Assembly (NCBI GenBank): GCA_013265495.1
Contig: MU058815.1
Span: 1-64,000 of the forward strand
From: Vicugna vicugna
Lineage: Eukaryota
DNA length: 64,000 bases
Direction of reading: 5' to 3'
Shown here piece by piece: positions 40,340 to 54,266 of the stretch. Position numbers and translations under genes: made by a program. Numbering within the stretch: the first letter of the stretch is position 1; each line of letters starts with the position of its first letter. The notes beneath the pieces are model-generated. The model did no database searches. It saw nothing but the letters and a program-made list of their open reading frames with translations, and had not been told where the DNA came from.

Positions 40340-43300
40340 CAGCAGAGAAGTCCTGGAATACAGCTTTATCCACACCACAGTGTGAGACAGAAAATGAGCA
40401 CCTTTAAAGTCAGGAAGGAAAATAACTGCCCACCAAGAATTCCAAACAAATCAAATCTATTCATCAAAAATGATGGTGAAACAAAGACACTTTCACACAG
40501 CCACTCAGCACACACACCCACCCAATCGGACGTCAGCAGGCCCTCGCTAAAAGAAACACTACAGGGAAATCTTCACACAGGTTATGCAAGGAGAGTTGAA
40601 AATCTTACTTGATACCGTTTACAAGAGATACGTCTTAAAATACAAGAGCACAGAATGGCTAAAGAAAAAGAGTGAAACAACATGCAAGTATCAAGCGAAA
40701 GAAAACTTGCAAAGTCATCTTAATCTCTGACAAGGGAGAACGAGGGCAAGAAACATGACTCAAGACAGAGGGTCACTTTACAACAGCAAACATGACGATC
40801 CATTAAAAAAGTCGTAAGAATTATAAATAAAAAACAAAAAAGACAGCTCTAAAATATAAGAAGCAAAAACTGACACATGGACAACCACAGTGGGTTTTAA
40901 CAGAACTCTCACAGGCGCTGATAAAGCAAGCAGTCAAATACCCTTATCAAGTATCCCTAACTAGGAATAGAAAAAAGGGAGGGAAAAAAAACCCAAAACA
41001 GAAGAAAAAAAAGATAAAAAGTAGAGTAAAAAATAATTTTTTAAATAGAAAATACATGTGCAAGAGAGAAAAATCAAAGTAGTTGGCTCTTTGAGGAAAA
41101 CTAAAATAAATAAAAGGCCTTTTAGCAAGACTCATAATGGAGGATCAAAGAAAGCACAAATTCCATACAAGAATGAAAGGAGGCCGGTACTAAGGATTTT
41201 ACAGACAATGAAACAGTAAGGGAATATTATTAACAACTCTGGCCCAATTAATTTGAAAAACGACACACAAATTTCTAGGAAAACACAACTTACTAAAATT
41301 GGCAAAGAAACAGAAAATCTGAAAACAAATACACACAATATCTTTTGATGATTCTTGATGGGTTCTGGAAGTTTTCATTTTAAAAAAGTCCAATTCATCA
41401 ATTTTTCTCTTTTATTACTTGTGCTTTGGGTGTCCTCTCTAATCAATCTTTGCTATTAATTAAAAAGTCACAGCAAACTAGGAATAAAAGAATTTTTTTG
41501 ATCTCATAAAGACCAATTATAAAATATCTATCACTAACATCACTTTTAATGGTCAATTATTTCCTCTAAGAGATCAAGAAATTCTACAGATGGGAACAGA
41601 CATCCTAGTCAGTGGAATAAGAAAGATTTTTAATTACAAAGATCAGAAGAAAAAAAATAAAAACTGTGATTATTAGCAGATGACTTAATTATACATGAAA
41701 AATAGCCAAAAGAATTTACAAATCATGAAAATAAGTGAATTTACTAAGGTTGCTAGATACAAGTTCAACATACAAAACCCGACTGTCTTTCTATATAGTC
41801 GTGTAAGAAATTTGTGCAATTTTAAACAGATAGCATTTATATTAACATTAAAAAGATCAAACAGCCAAGGAATAAATCTATTAAAAGATGTGTAAGATCT
41901 TGACACAAAAACCTACGAAATCAAAACTAAATCAGTCCTAAATAAACAGAGAACCACATCGTGTTTATGGAGCAGTACTGTGTGGAATGTTGGTAGACTC
42001 CATACTGAAAGACGTAAATTCTCTCCAAATTAATAGATTCGGTGTGGTTCCAATCAAAGCCCCAGTGCTTTTAGAAACTGACAAAATGAATATGCAAAAA
42101 CCTACTAACAGTCAAGATACTCTTGAAGAGGAAAAGGCTGAAGAATGAAGAAAAAGTCGAAGCGTTTATGCTAAAAGAAGACACACTGTAAAGCTATAGT
42201 AGTCAAGAGAACTTCAGATGGGCTCAGAGATAAACAGAGCAATGGAACGAAACAGCAAGTCCAGAAAATACCTGCCTGATTTACGACAAAGATGGCGCTG
42301 CTGGAACATGCCAGTACCTGGGAACGGGGCCACTGGAGGTTCACATGGGACAAAACAGTTCTTGATCCTTCATATCACAAACACACACAAATCAATTAAT
42401 GGTGAATCACTGCTTAAATGTCAAAGGTCCAACAATAACTTCTAAGTGAAAACATCCAAAGATATCTTCAAGACATTAGTACAAAGATTTTTTAAAGATT
42501 TCCCCAAATACTTCTAAAAGGAAAACACTAGATTTTCCTAAAATTAAAATCTTCTGTTCCTCAAAAGATGTCATTAGGCGAGGGAATACGGAAGTGAAAG
42601 AGCGGGAAAAGGTAACTGAAATACACGTGTCCTGTGCGTACAAAGGGCTGTAAGTCAGGAAGATAAAAGAGCCAACTATGCAATACAAGGCAAGCGATAC
42701 AGACAATTCACAAAAGAGGGCATCACACCGGCTAATGAAGAGAGGAAAAGGAACACGACATAATTAACCAACAAGCAAACATAAACTAAAAACACAGTTT
42801 TATAAGCAATACAGAGTTCAAGTGTTAGTGAAGGTACAGAGCAACCAAAACTCTGATTTAATGCTGCTGGGGGTAAAAATCACTTTGGAAAGCAGTCCCA
42901 CCCCAAGTGCACACATGCATGACGTGCATCAGAAATGCATGACGTGCAACTAAAAAAACATGCACAACACATATAAAATAGAGAAACAAGTTTCTACTGT
43001 ACAGCACAGGGAAATACATTCAGTATCTTGTAGTAGCTCACGGTGAAAAAGAATATGAAAATGAGTATGTGTGTGTTCAGGTGTGACTGAAGCATCGTGC
43101 TGTACACCAGAAATTGACACAACACTGTAAACTGACTATAACTCGATAAAAAAAAACGCACTAGCACATTCACAGAAGTATTATTCAGAATAGCTGAAAC
43201 CAGCAACACCTCAAATACCCACCAACAGTGTAACGAACTGTGAAATACTCCCAAATGTGATCGCGCCATTCCTAGGTGACCAGCACGTACTGAACCCCGC

Positions 43301-43620
43301 AAACACGCTGAGTGGAAGCCAGCCTCAGAGGACCACGTGCTGGATAATGCCAGTTCCACAAAGTTTGAAAACAGGCAAAATTAGTACTTGGTAATAAAAA
43401 TCAGAGAAACACCCAGCATCTTTTGGGTGAGAGACGGTTAACGAGAGGACGAGGCGTGAGGATGCGCTGCGGTGTGCCGGTAAGGGCAGTGTTCACTTCT
43501 TAACGTGGGCGGTGACTGCACAGGTTGAGTTCATTCTGTAGAAATTTATTACACGCTTATGGTCTGTGTAATCTTCCATATGTTCATTGTAATTCAATTT
43601 AAAAGTTTATGTTAAAAATA
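40340..43620 (+). mobile_element. Old fragmented L1 (ORF1 end, ORF2, 3'UTR)
   Basis: RT-region remnant 'ttagcagatgac' (~41673), and ORF 41695 'ISEFTKVARYKFNIQNPTVFLY...GINLLKDV' is L1 ORF2-like. A short opposite-strand L1 piece lies at ~41340-41455. Confidence 0.7.
42975..43156 (+). mobile_element. Camelid-type L1 3' end (5'-truncated) with poly-A
   Basis: 'tgtacagcacagggaaatacattcagtatcttgtagtagctcacggtgaaaaagaatatgaaaatgag...tgtacaccagaaattgacacaacactgtaaactgactataactcgataaaaaaaaa'. Confidence 0.85.
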
Positions 43621-44926
43621 CTCCTCCTGCAGCCAATTAAGCCCGCCATGCTCTTTTCCCCGAGGAGGCCGGCGTGCAGTGGCTGCAGACAGGAGCCCCC
43701 TCAGTAGTGCCCGCAGCCTGCTGCTTGTGTGGACTGCCCTAAGGGGCCCTGGAGACAGCCCTTTCCAGTGGACGTTCACGGCGAACTTCATGCTGTCCCC
43801 AGTCTAGGCTCCAGACAGGTATGCAGGGTGCCTCTGGAAAGTCCCAGCACACAGGACCCAGGGGCCACACTGGCCAAGTCATCGTGTCCACCCACACCAG
43901 CCGCAGAACAAGGAGCATGTGACCGAGGTCCGATGCAGGGCCAAGTTCAAGTTCGCTGGCCCCAGAAGACCCATATCCCCAGGAAGTGAGGATTTACTAA
44001 GTTTAATGCAGATGAATTTCAAGGCATGGTGGCAGAGAAGTGGATCATCCTACATGGCTGGGGCTTAAATACATCCCTAATTGTGGCCTCCTGGGCAAAC
44101 GGCAGGCCCTGAACTCATGAGAGCCGTGGCGCTTTCCCCTCCAGAAGCTTGACTTTCAAAGAACCGGCTTCGGACTTTACCATCCTCACTACTTACTGTG
44201 TGTTTTCCACATCATAAGCTTATGTTCATCTTCATCTCCTTCCTCCTACCCTATCTGGGTTTATTCTGTAGTTATTTCTGTCATTTTTTAAGTTGGATTC
44301 TTAGTTTATTCATCCTGAGCGTTTATTCTTTCTTAAAGTACAATCTTAACTATATTACACAACTTTTAAAGTATTTTGTTAGAATTTAATTCTGAGTATG
44401 TTCCACTCTCCATTATACTTCCTTTGTTGAGCTGTAAGTTACTCAGAAGTTATTTAAAGTTTCTCAATGTAGGGGACTTCTTCTAATTACCTTTTGTAAA
44501 TGGCTTGTGTCTTAGCTGCCTGTAGTCACAGAACTCGGCCTTTGAAATCCGTGGAGGTTTTACAGCCAAGCAGATGGTTAATTTTCACGACTATTCCATG
44601 TGTGCTTGAAAGGAGTGCACAGTCAACTGCTGGGGGCAGTGATCCACACAGGTGTGTTACATTAACCCTCAGCAGGCCAGGAAAAATAATCAACTCCCTT
44701 TGTCAGCCGAGTCAATAGACTCTTTTATTTAATATTTAGGTCATTATATAAATAATTCACAGAAAAATAAAAGGATAGTAAAAAAACAAATTAGTTGAAA
44801 ACTGTAGTCAAAATTGAAATACAGAAACCCCATATTTTTATATTTTCCTGGTATGTGCACATATGTGTATTATATACACACATACTTACAAATACACACT
44901 GTGTATATACATATACACTCACATTT

Positions 44927-44952
44927 ACACACACACACACACACAAACACAC
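44927..44952. repeat. (CA)n-rich microsatellite
   Basis: acacacacacacacacacaaacacac within a TA/CA-rich tract. Confidence 0.85.
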
Positions 44953-46689
44953 ATGAAAGGGCTCTATCATTTGAATAAAACTGGTCAACTGACATGCACG
45001 AACCAGGGACATACAGTTTTATAAAATCTGTTTCCAGATTTCAAATATATCTCTACTACAAGACCATCACTTCTACTTCTTCTTGAACTTGGGACAGTGG
45101 AAATGGAGTGCTTCTGGAACTCAATGGCTTATAAACCTGTTGAGGACAGCCATATCCTTTGTTCCCTGACTGTAAAAATACATTCATTTGCAGATTTATA
45201 AACATCCATCAGAATGATCAAGCCAATGACTTGTTTTCTTTTCTCTATTACATGTTCTCTCCCTATCACCTTTGTACACACACCTGCTGCCGTCAACACT
45301 CTTCAAGTGCGAGCTGCATCAAGTAAATGTTCGCGCGCAACATTATATGAAATTCAAGAATATTGTCACACATCCTTCTGGCAAAATAGGACAGTCTAAC
45401 TTCTTGTCACAAAATCCCACATCATGCAGCCCTTCCTGCCTAATGACTAACTTGATGCAAAGCCCGTATTTCCTTTATAGAAACCACAGAAATATACTCT
45501 TCGCTGATCAATTCTTGAGTTCAAGAAAATTCAACTAGGATACTGTCATCTGATGACCCACCGTCTAAGATTTCACTCGTATGATCAATTCACCATTGTA
45601 ATGAGGCCCTAGAGTCCCACTGTCTGCTTTGACCATTATTTTATCCATCTAACAACTGCGAAATGTCTTCCTCTGTCAACCTTCCTACTATTAACCATTA
45701 TGGGCAGAAAATGAAAAATTCTAAATTCTCAACTGTGTTCAATGAAAACTAAAAGAGGGCACCTCCAGACTTCATTTGTATTTTCTTAAAATATGTGCAA
45801 CTCTTGAGGCAATGCAATAAAGACTCAAAGACAATGCAGGAACATTGACATCTTTCTAGACAATTCCTTCATTCTTCTATTTTTTCTTATTTTAGTTTTT
45901 CTTAGCATAGTTGGGAATAAAGATTAATAAAATCTAGGAAGATGAAATTTCCAATATAAAGATACAGTGATATAAGAATCTACAGCATCTTAGATTCATA
46001 AAAAGGTCCAATGAACCATACAGTAACTAGAAAGAGAAAATGAGTTTTAATTTTCTTTTCTAAAGCAAATTTTCTGTTCTTCAGAAGACCTCTAAAAAAG
46101 AATGAAAATCATAAAACATCGATTCATAAAAGGAGAAACGTTTTTTCTACTTTTCATAAAAGTAGAAATTTTACAATTCATAAAAGATGTCAATTTTCAC
46201 ACTGTGTATTTTGAGGCTGTTTCTAACAGCATAAAAATTGAGAATTATACCCACCTGGAGAATTGAACCTTTTATTGTGATGTACTGACTCTCTTTATCT
46301 CTGATAACTATTTCTAATACAACTTGGCTTCAACGTCTATTTCATTTGACATCAATATATTTATATGAGCTTTCTTTTAGTCAGTATTGGACTGGAATAT
46401 CTTTTTTCTTCTCTTCAGCTTTCAACCTATATCGTTATGTTTTAAGTGTTTCTTACAGCAGCTTAGTGATAACTTTTCTTAAGCCAGCTACTGTTTGTCT
46501 TCTAAAGAATTTAATACACTGACATTGACTACGATAGGTAATAAATCTGAATTTATTTCGACCACTGCACTTGGGGAGAGCCCATTAGTTCTTTTCCTTC
46601 TCCTTCCACCTCCCTCTCTGTTTTTTCACCATCTTCTGGACTATTTTGCTTGTTCTTATTTCATTTACTCAGAGGTTTAAACACCACCT

Positions 46690-47738
46690 GTGTACCAATG
46701 CTATCAAAATTCTTACCTCAAGCCCAGACCTCTACCCTGAACTACAGACTCCTAAGTCCCACTGCCGACTAGAAACATCCAGTTGAATGTCTGATATGCA
46801 TCTCGAGCACCGTAAACACTCCCCTCCCCCAACTACTAAAGTTCCTCCCCCAGAACATGCTCCTCCTGCATTCTTCCGCTTGTCACTTGATGGGGACTCC
46901 ATCCTTCGATTGTTCAGATCAAAACAGAGTCAACCTTGACTCTTCTCCCTCATACCCCCTCCTTTTCATCAATAAATCCCTGCCTCCCCCTTCAAAATAT
47001 AAATATATGTAGAATCCAACAATTTTTCACTACCTCCACCACGGCTACACTGGTCCAAGTACAACCTTAACTGCTGAGGCTCAAAAGGCAGAAGTTCTGG
47101 AACAGCCTGTTCTCAACACACAGCCAGAGCAAGCCTTTTAAAGCTTCAGTCATATCAGGTCACTCCTTAGCTTAAAACACCCCAGAGTCTCTTTTCACTC
47201 AGAGTAGAAGCAAAAAGTCTACGTCACTTGGGCTCTGCATGACTTGGACTCCTACCTCTGTGACGTCACCTCCTAGCTCTCTTCCTCTCATTCACCCTGC
47301 TCCAGACATTAACCTTCTTGCTCTCCCGTTATCTTGCACAGTATGACGTTGCCTCCAGGCTCTGTTCTTGCTTCACCCTCTGCCTGAAACACTCCTCCAC
47401 AGACACCCCTAAGGCTCACTAGCTCACTTCTCCAAGACTCTCTACTCATTCATCTCCTCACTGAGGCCTTCCCTCTCCACCACGCATGGAACAGCATCCT
47501 CCACACCAGCCACAACAACTCCTTCTTCCTGCCCCGTTTAATTTGCATGCAGAGCACTTACTGGACACAGTACATATTTAACTCGTGTTTTTAACTGCCT
47601 CCCCCACCCCCATGGCCTTGGGGCTCCACAAGAACAGGTGACTTCAGTCTTTCTTACGGCTGCATCCCCAGACCCTAGAACAGTGCCTAGCCCACAACAG
47701 GCTCCCCTCCAAGAAATCGGATGAAGAAATGAATGAAT
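46690..47738 (+). mobile_element. L2a-like LINE 3' portion
   Basis: 'ctcaagcccagacctctaccctgaactacagact', 'ccagagcaagcctttt...tcaggtcactcc' and 'ctgcatccccagaccctagaacagtgcctag', ending in the L2 tail 'aatgaatgaat'. Confidence 0.85.
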
Positions 47739-47809
47739 AAATTAAAGGAATCCCTGTTTTTCTTTATAGTTGGACCGTAATAGAAGACAGTTCATAGCAG
47801 GAATTTTAA

Positions 47810-48296
47810 AATTCATGAACCCTGGCTGTTTACTTAGCATCTACTGCCTTCTTGCCACTTCCTGAAGGCAGCCTTACGTTTGTTCTGGTGTCGGCCTCTA
47901 GCCCGCCCCCATCCTTCACCCCCCATTCCATGTCCTCTGAAAGAAGTTAAACCCACTCCCACACCCATGGGTCAGTTCTGGCTAGCTTGAGCTAACGAGC
48001 ACACTTTCTTCCCCCAAGAATCAAACCAAGGTCAATCCGAGGGCTCCAACCTGAATTTGGGCAAAAGGGTTCTCCTCCTTTCAACGTGGTCATCCGTGGG
48101 TGGGAGGCCCTGAACTACTGAAGCTTCAGGCTACCAAGCTGGGAATGAAGCTGGCAGACAGAAAAGAGCGAAGCCAAAGGAGCTTTACAACAGTCCAGAA
48201 TCACTCAACTAGAACAATTCTGACAACATTATAAGGTTAAGTACACTTGGAATCCATTTTTCTGTAACATGAAACCGAGAGAATCCTAACTGATGC
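47810..48296 (+). mobile_element. Old MaLR LTR (MLT1K/L-like)
   Basis: Ends 'ttttctgtaacatgaaaccgagagaatcctaactgatgc', a typical MLT1 3' terminus. Confidence 0.5.
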
Positions 48297-48589
48297 TTGG
48301 TACGTACTACACGATACATTATAAATGGTACCAGGCGGGTCCAGCTTCAGGCTACTCCGTTCTCAAGGAATGCGATCGTGACTGGCGAGGGCGTAACGGG
48401 TAGCCCTAACCGTCACAGGGAACGTCCAGCCCAGGTTCCGAGTGGCAGAGACGCAAGCAAAGCTCAGGAGCACAGCTTCTCAGGCCTTAACAGCAACACT
48501 AGTTCTTAAGCACTTTCAGCTTAGACTTCATCCTGGATCTGAAACTACCTTTTAATTCAATTAAATTTAAAATTCCAGTCTATACGGAG

Positions 48590-51500
48590 CTATACAGACC
48601 TGCAGTTCGCAGTTCCACGTGGAAGGAGCCGAGAGGCTGCCACTCTGTCCTAACAAGTGAAAAGCTGAACAGACTGAATCAACAGCTCTTCTAGGATCGG
48701 GAAGAGAGCAGAGGGGAAGGCACAGGGCAAACTGCTGCCCCCGAGACTGAAAAGCAGGCGGGTACAGAGAACCACAGCACGCCAGGGCTGAGACGCGCGA
48801 GCAGCGCAAACCACGGCCAGGGCAGGAAGACCTGGAACGCAGCTGCTGAACTGCCGGAGGCTGGGCGGGAGCACCGCTGAGGGTCAGACTCCAGGGTACC
48901 CAGCAGTTCTGTGCGAGTTACCTCCAAGAGCCTCACCGGCTTCTCGGGGTAAATACTGGAGCAAAACCCCCTCCGCCTGCTGGCGGGGGATGGGGAAGAG
49001 GAGCTGCTTTGAAATACCAGAGACTTCTGTTCCCAGCAAGGCCTGCCTTCGGGGAAACTAACCAAGCAGCGCCTAACTGACCTGGAGGAAGGGACACCCG
49101 ACTCCAGCCCGCTCTGGCCACCCAGCCCCGCCTAAGGGGGCAGGAAACAACCGGAGAAACACTCGCGAAGCTCACAGCTCAGAGGCACAGGCTCACGCCA
49201 AGCCTGAGACCTAATCACAGCATCACCGCAAAACACCTCCCCTCCCGCCACCTCGCCACATCACTGAAGGCCTATCTACGGAGGGTCCCTGATCCAGCAC
49301 ATCACCATGCGGGGATATCAAGTGAGCAGTAAAAGGCACACCTAGCCACCAAAACACAATTTACGGACACAGACGTAGCAGGGATGCTGGAATTGCAGAC
49401 CGTGAACTTGAAATGACGATGCCTAATAGGGTAAGGGCGTAATGAGTAAAGCAGATGGCACGCAAGGACAGACCGGCAATGCAAGCAGAGATGGACGCCC
49501 TGAGAAAGAAACAAGAGATGCTAGAGATTAAAACACTGCAACAGAAATGAACGGCAGCTTCGACGGGCTTCTCAGCAGGCGGCACGGAGCTGGGGAGACT
49601 CTGAGCTTGAGGCTGCCACAACAGAAACTTCCAAAACCGAGAAAGGGAACAAAGACTGAAAGAAAATTTAAAGATAAAAACCCCAACACCGAGAACTGCG
49701 GGGCAAGCACAGAAAGTGTAATACGTGCATATCAGGAATACCAAAAGGAGGAGAAAGGCAGGAAGAACAAGAAACTTCTGAACCAGGAATGCCTGAGAAT
49801 CTCCTCAAACGCACGTCAGACACTAACCACAGACCCAGGAAGCTCAGAGAACACCGAGAACACCAAGGACACAATGCAAAAAGATGAATAAACAACCAAC
49901 CAACAAACAAACAAAACCCACCTTGGCATAGCATTTTCAAACTACAGAAAAGTCAAAGATAAATTCTGACAGAAGCCAGAGGAAAAAAATCTCACCCACA
50001 AAAGAACAAAGACAAAAATTATACCCAACATCTCCTCAAAAACCATGCAAGCAAGGAGAGAGTGAAGAGAAATACTTATAGTGTGGAGAGAAAAACACCA
50101 CCAAACCAAGAATCCTGTACCTGCAAAATTATCCTTTAAAAGTGAAGGAAAACAAAACCTTTATCAGACAAACAAAAACTGAGAAAATCTGTTGCCAAGA
50201 GACCTGCCTTGCAAGGAAATATTTTAAAAAATAGTAATAATAAAGTTCTTTAGAGGGAAGGAAAATTATATAGATCCACATAAAGAAAAGGAAGTGCATC
50301 CAAAAAGGAGTAAGTGAAAGTAAAATAACTTCTACTCTCCTTCTTCACTGAGCTAACAGATACTAATTTCTTCAAAGTAATACCAATCTAATCAAATATG
50401 TACACGACTCATACACAGAAAACTACAAAATGTATGAACAAAAGCAAAAAAGAACTAAGTAAGTGGAGACAGTCCACGTTCATGGATAGGATGCCTCAGA
50501 ATGGTTAAGATATCAGTTCTTCCCAATTTGATCTATAAATTCAATGTATAAATACAACATCAAGGCATAATCCATGAAGCAAATAATGGGTAACTGGACT
50601 TGATTAAAACCAAAACGTATGCACTGCGAAAGACAAAGTCAAGAGAATGAGAAGACAAGCCACAGACTGAGAAAATATCTGCAGAAGACACAACTGAAAA
50701 AAGAATGTTATCTAAAAGACACAAACTCTTCAAACTCAACAATAAGAAAATAAAGAATTTGGTTAAAAACTGAGCCAAAGACCTTAACAGACACCTCACC
50801 AAAGAAGATACACAGATGGCAAATAAGGACATGGAAAGATGCTCCACATCACACTTCATCATGGAAATGCAAATTAAAACAACGAAGAGGTAACACCACA
50901 CACTCGTTTGAATAGCCGAAATCTGAACACTGACCACACCAAATGCTGGCAAGAATGTAGAGCAACAGAAACTCTCTTCCATTGCCTGTGGGAAGGCAAA
51001 ATGGTACAGCCACTTTGGAAGACATTTTGGTGGATTCTTATAAAACTAGACTCTTACCATTCAGTCCAGCCACCACGCTCCCTGGTAGTCACCCAAAGGA
51101 GTTGAAAACACGTCCACTCAGAAGTTTGAACTGCTATGCACAGTAGCTTTTATTCATAATCACCAGCACTTGGAGGTGACCAAGGTGTCCTTCAGCAGGT
51201 AAATGGATAAGCAAACTGTGATCCGTCAACACAGTGGAAAATTATTCAGCAATAAAAAGAAAGAGCTATCAAGGCATGAAAAGACATGGAGAAAACTGAA
51301 AGGCATATTACTAAGTGAAAGAAGCCAATCTGAAAAAGCTGCATACTCTGTAACAGCTATCTGACACTCTGCAAAAGGCAAAAAAGCATGAAGACAGTAA
51401 AAAGATCAGTGGTTGTGAGGGTGAAGGGGATGAACAGGCTGAGCACAGCTGGCTTCTAAATTTCAGGGCAATGAAAATACTCTGTATGATGCTACAATGG

Positions 51501-51750
51501 CGGATACAAGCCATTTTACATTTGCCCAGGCCCACAGAACGCACATCAAGAGTGAACCCTTGTGCAGGGTTACTCACTTGTAAGCGTGGAGGTTAATCAA
51601 CTGTCACAAAGGTACCACTCAGTGGAGGATACTGATAACGTGGGAGGCTCCTCGTGAGTGGGGGCGGGGGGTATACGGGAAGTCTCTGTACCTCCCTCTC
51701 AACTTTGCTGTGAATCTAAAACTTCTCTAAATAAATTAATTTAAAAAAAT
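48590..51750 (+). mobile_element. L1MC1-like element: 5'UTR, decayed ORF1, internally deleted ORF2, 3'UTR
   Basis: ORF1-like text at 49400-50220 and ORF2 C-terminal text at 50400-51300. The 3'UTR 'ggggcggggggtatacgggaagtctctgtacctccctctcaactttgctgtgaatctaaaac...aataaa' matches L1MC1-type ends. Confidence 0.75.
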
Positions 51751-52089
51751 CTACATAGCAAATTTTCCTCAGAGTCATTTATAGCAACTCCCCATTAAAT
51801 GAAAATGAGTGCTCTGACACAGAATGTTATCAGAACTCAGGCTCTAATAAACAGGCCTTCGTTCTTCCTCACAGTGAAGTGTCCTTTCACCAACCATAAC
51901 CCAGAACCTCCATTCTGCCCAGCATCCCAGGCCCCCCCGGCTTGCCTGAAGGCTTCTCTTCTAAAGTCTCATCACTGCTCCGTCTCAAACAGGGCCAGGA
52001 TCGGTGTCATCAGCATGCAAACTGGGGACACAGCTCCATCCTGAGAAAGTCCCATTAACCCTCATATACTCCAGCTATCATCACATTTC

Positions 52090-52970
52090 TGTGAATTAAC
52101 ATGGAGTGACTCCCAGGATATACTATTAACAGAAAAAAGTGAAGGATAAAAGGAAGCATGTACAGGACGCTACTGGTACAAGAATGGAGATGCTTAAACA
52201 AGCATATCCTTAATTCTGCAGAAAGAAACATGATGGATAAACTAGAAACTAACGCGATTCATTAACAACCCTCAAGGGTGGAAATCAGAAGGGACTAGAG
52301 GAGGAAGGGGCAGTGACACCTCCGTGGACTGCTCTGACTTTCGAAATTGTGTTGACACTTCACATACTCAAGGTGAAATAAACGAGTGAGGAAACCTGAT
52401 TTTACTTCGTATGAATTAAACGTAATTAACTGAGGGGGAAATCATGTAAATAACTTTTCAACACAGTATTTTTACTCGCTACCCTCAGTCTAAAGACATA
52501 AATACTCTAAGTATTAAACTCTAGTTAGAAAGTGTATTTATCACAGTGGTACGCACCAGTCACTTGAAACTATTTTCTCCATTACTAGAGGAATGAGCAT
52601 GTGAGTAAATATACTGAAAATAAGACATCTACTGAACGGGAGAGAGTGAGAGTGGATCCTGGGGTGATGAACTGGAAACAGTTATTTGTATGAACTCATG
52701 GTTTCCAATATATAAATACAGCCCTTGACATAAGTATGTGTGTATATACATATAATCTAATTGCCTTACCTCCCTATTTCTGAGCTGTGTGCAGTACAAG
52801 GGCCTAGAAGCAGAGACGCCCCAGAAACAAGGAGCACCCTGAGCACTCAGATGCTGGCTCCTAAGCACCACTCCCCGCTGAGGGAACTGGAGGCGCCTGC
52901 CTCTGACTGTGGTGGAGCAGTGGTACTGGAGCACGAGCCCCCCTCTCCCAGTCATATGAAGCATCTTTCA
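52090..52970 (+). mobile_element. L1MC3/L1MD-like 3'UTR fragment
   Basis: 'aactggaaacagttatttgtatgaactcatggttt...gggcctagaagcagagacgccccag...ctcagatgctggctcctaagcacc'. Confidence 0.55.
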
Positions 52971-54074
52971 GAAGCTGATCGACAAGCAGTGCCAGACCGA
53001 TCGGGGAGCCCAGCGACTGTTCCAGCTTTCTTTCCCAGGTGCTTTCTAGGCTGGGGTGTAAGGCAGGGCCCTAAATGCAACAACACAGTGGTCCTGCTGA
53101 TGCCCAGAGACGAGAGCTCAGGGAGGCCGTGTGGCTGGAAGCTGCAGGCCAGGGAACCAAAGAGGAGAGCGCCTCTCAGGCAAAGGGCTGCAATAATCTA
53201 CACGGGCTTCCCTTAAGCTTTAAGCCGGGGCGGCTGCCATTTCACAGGCAACTATCAGAGAAAGAACAACGGGGAGCTCTGGCCTGAGCAACTCCCGGTG
53301 TTCCCATCATGACCAGCAGGAACCAAGACAACACACAGAAGACCTGGGTATTTAGTGAAGACACCAGAAACTTTCAAAACAAGCCTCAAAAGCCTTGGGC
53401 AGATCCTCCAGGAGAGTAACGCCTGCCAGGACAAAACAACGCTTTCAGAAGGACACCCAGTAAGGGCTCTCCTATCTCTACGAAAGCAAAACCAATTTAC
53501 AGATACTTCATACAGTTCAAGAAGAGAAAGCTTCCAGAGGTTTACAGTTAAGAGATAACAAGTATATAATATTACAAGTACTTTAAATGAGTAAGTTATA
53601 TTGTAATATGTAATATATGTAATGTATTAATCATGTTGGCTTTATTTTTATTTTAGAAAATGTGAATACACTGACTACCTCCATCTCTCAAATCTTATTC
53701 TGCCCCCAAAAGTCCTAAGTTACTCACATGGAAATTCTAACCAGGAGGTTTCCAGGAACCTTAAACCTCAAGATACTCCTAAATGGTAGTGGCCTTTGAG
53801 TCTAGCATTCGCCCTAACGGTGATCTCACTGAACAGAATATTTGCACAACTGTAAGTTGCAGAGTTGTCAGCAGGATCATTCATCCATCACACAAGAAAA
53901 GAGGGCACTTTTAATGTGTGTTAAGACACACAACACAGCCTGCACGGGCCAGGTGTCTAACACCTTCCTGTGAAGCTCGAGGAAGCTGAGTCCGGCTTCC
54001 CCAGCTGCAGGTGAGGGGCCAGGTCCCAAGAAATGGACTTTGTCAAGCAGGCAAGACAAAGGAACAGCAGCCGA

Positions 54075-54266
54075 ACCAGGGCTCAGAACACCGCAGCCAC
54101 TCTGCACCCAGCTTTCATACGGCCCTTGAGCTATGAACAGTCTGCTTTTTCCTAAAGCGTCATAAAAATTTAAAAAAATGTTTTTAATAACATATGATAA
54201 AGACTGCAAGAGGCCCACAGAGCCTAAACCATCCGGCTCTTTACTGAAAAGTTTGCCTAACCCTAG
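54075..54266. mobile_element. MER58-family hAT MITE
   Basis: 'acggcccttgagctatgaa...ggcccacagagcctaaa...tccggctctttactgaaaagtttgcctaaccct'. Confidence 0.6.
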
